From Nemertoderma westbladi (taxonomy: Eukaryota > Animalia > Xenacoelomorpha), in assembly GCA_032718475.1 (NCBI GenBank), contig JAUCBJ010000974.1, positions 1 to 64,000 of the forward strand: a stretch of 64,000 nt of DNA. The letters are read 5' to 3'. Below the pieces are notes generated by a model. The model made no database searches. It saw only the letters and a program-made list of their open reading frames with translations, and was not told the origin of the DNA. This document shows, one piece after another, positions 63,610-64,000 of this stretch. The number at the start of each line of letters is the position of its first letter. Positions within the stretch are counted from its first letter, which is position 1. Both the position numbers and the translations under genes were made by a program.

Positions 63610-64000
63610 TGGATATTAGTTAGCAGTCAGTAGCGAGAGGGGGGCATATGAGTACAGTTGGATAGATCGTGTAGGCCACGCGACATATACTGCTGTACTG
63701 CACAGGCCCATAGAATAGGTCAGAATGTGGATTATGAAATAGAATAATCCATAAACAGTAAATAGTAGAAATAGATCAAAATAAAATAGAATAAGAATAG
63801 GGCTAAAATTTTAACAAATTATAGTAACAGTAGGAAAGAAATTCTGGAATACAATAAAAGTAACTGACAAAACTGCAAATTAGGGTACATCTAATAGCTT
63901 CAAAATTAAGTAGTAGGGATTTAGGCTATAAGGCGAAATTAGACAAGGAATAGGCCATTATCGGACCGTACAGACCATCCTAGCGGCATCACTCACTTAT

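Overview
AT-rich eukaryotic (probably invertebrate) DNA made almost entirely of nested transposable elements. It contains five BEL/Pao LTR retrotransposons or remnants (labelled A-E here), four non-LTR retrotransposon fragments (two RTE-like, one CRE-like with an RLE domain, one unassigned), a spliced DDE transposase gene, several non-autonomous TIR elements with identifiable target-site duplications (TSDs), minisatellites, a tRNA-Ile(AAT)-like gene, and one host-like gene for a secreted Cys-rich protein split by a MITE. The standout is element D (44931-63609, minus strand, ~18.7 kb, ~1.9-kb LTRs). It carries (i) a ~3.4-kb accessory ORF at the env position with DEDDy 3'-5' exonuclease motifs, three CCHC knuckles and a basic tail; (ii) 13 copies plus 1 degenerate copy of a 20-nt stem-loop motif GGAAGACT-YGYG-AGCCT(TTC/ACC), all on the sense strand, spread through gag, pol, ORF3 and non-coding regions in different reading frames; (iii) a tRNA-like A/B-box cassette in each LTR; (iv) no canonical tRNA primer-binding site; and (v) consensus splice sites that could produce a subgenomic ORF3 mRNA. 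Together these suggest an element-encoded RNA-binding protein acting on repeated cis RNA signals; this is inference. All coordinates and family calls were read by eye and no searches were run.
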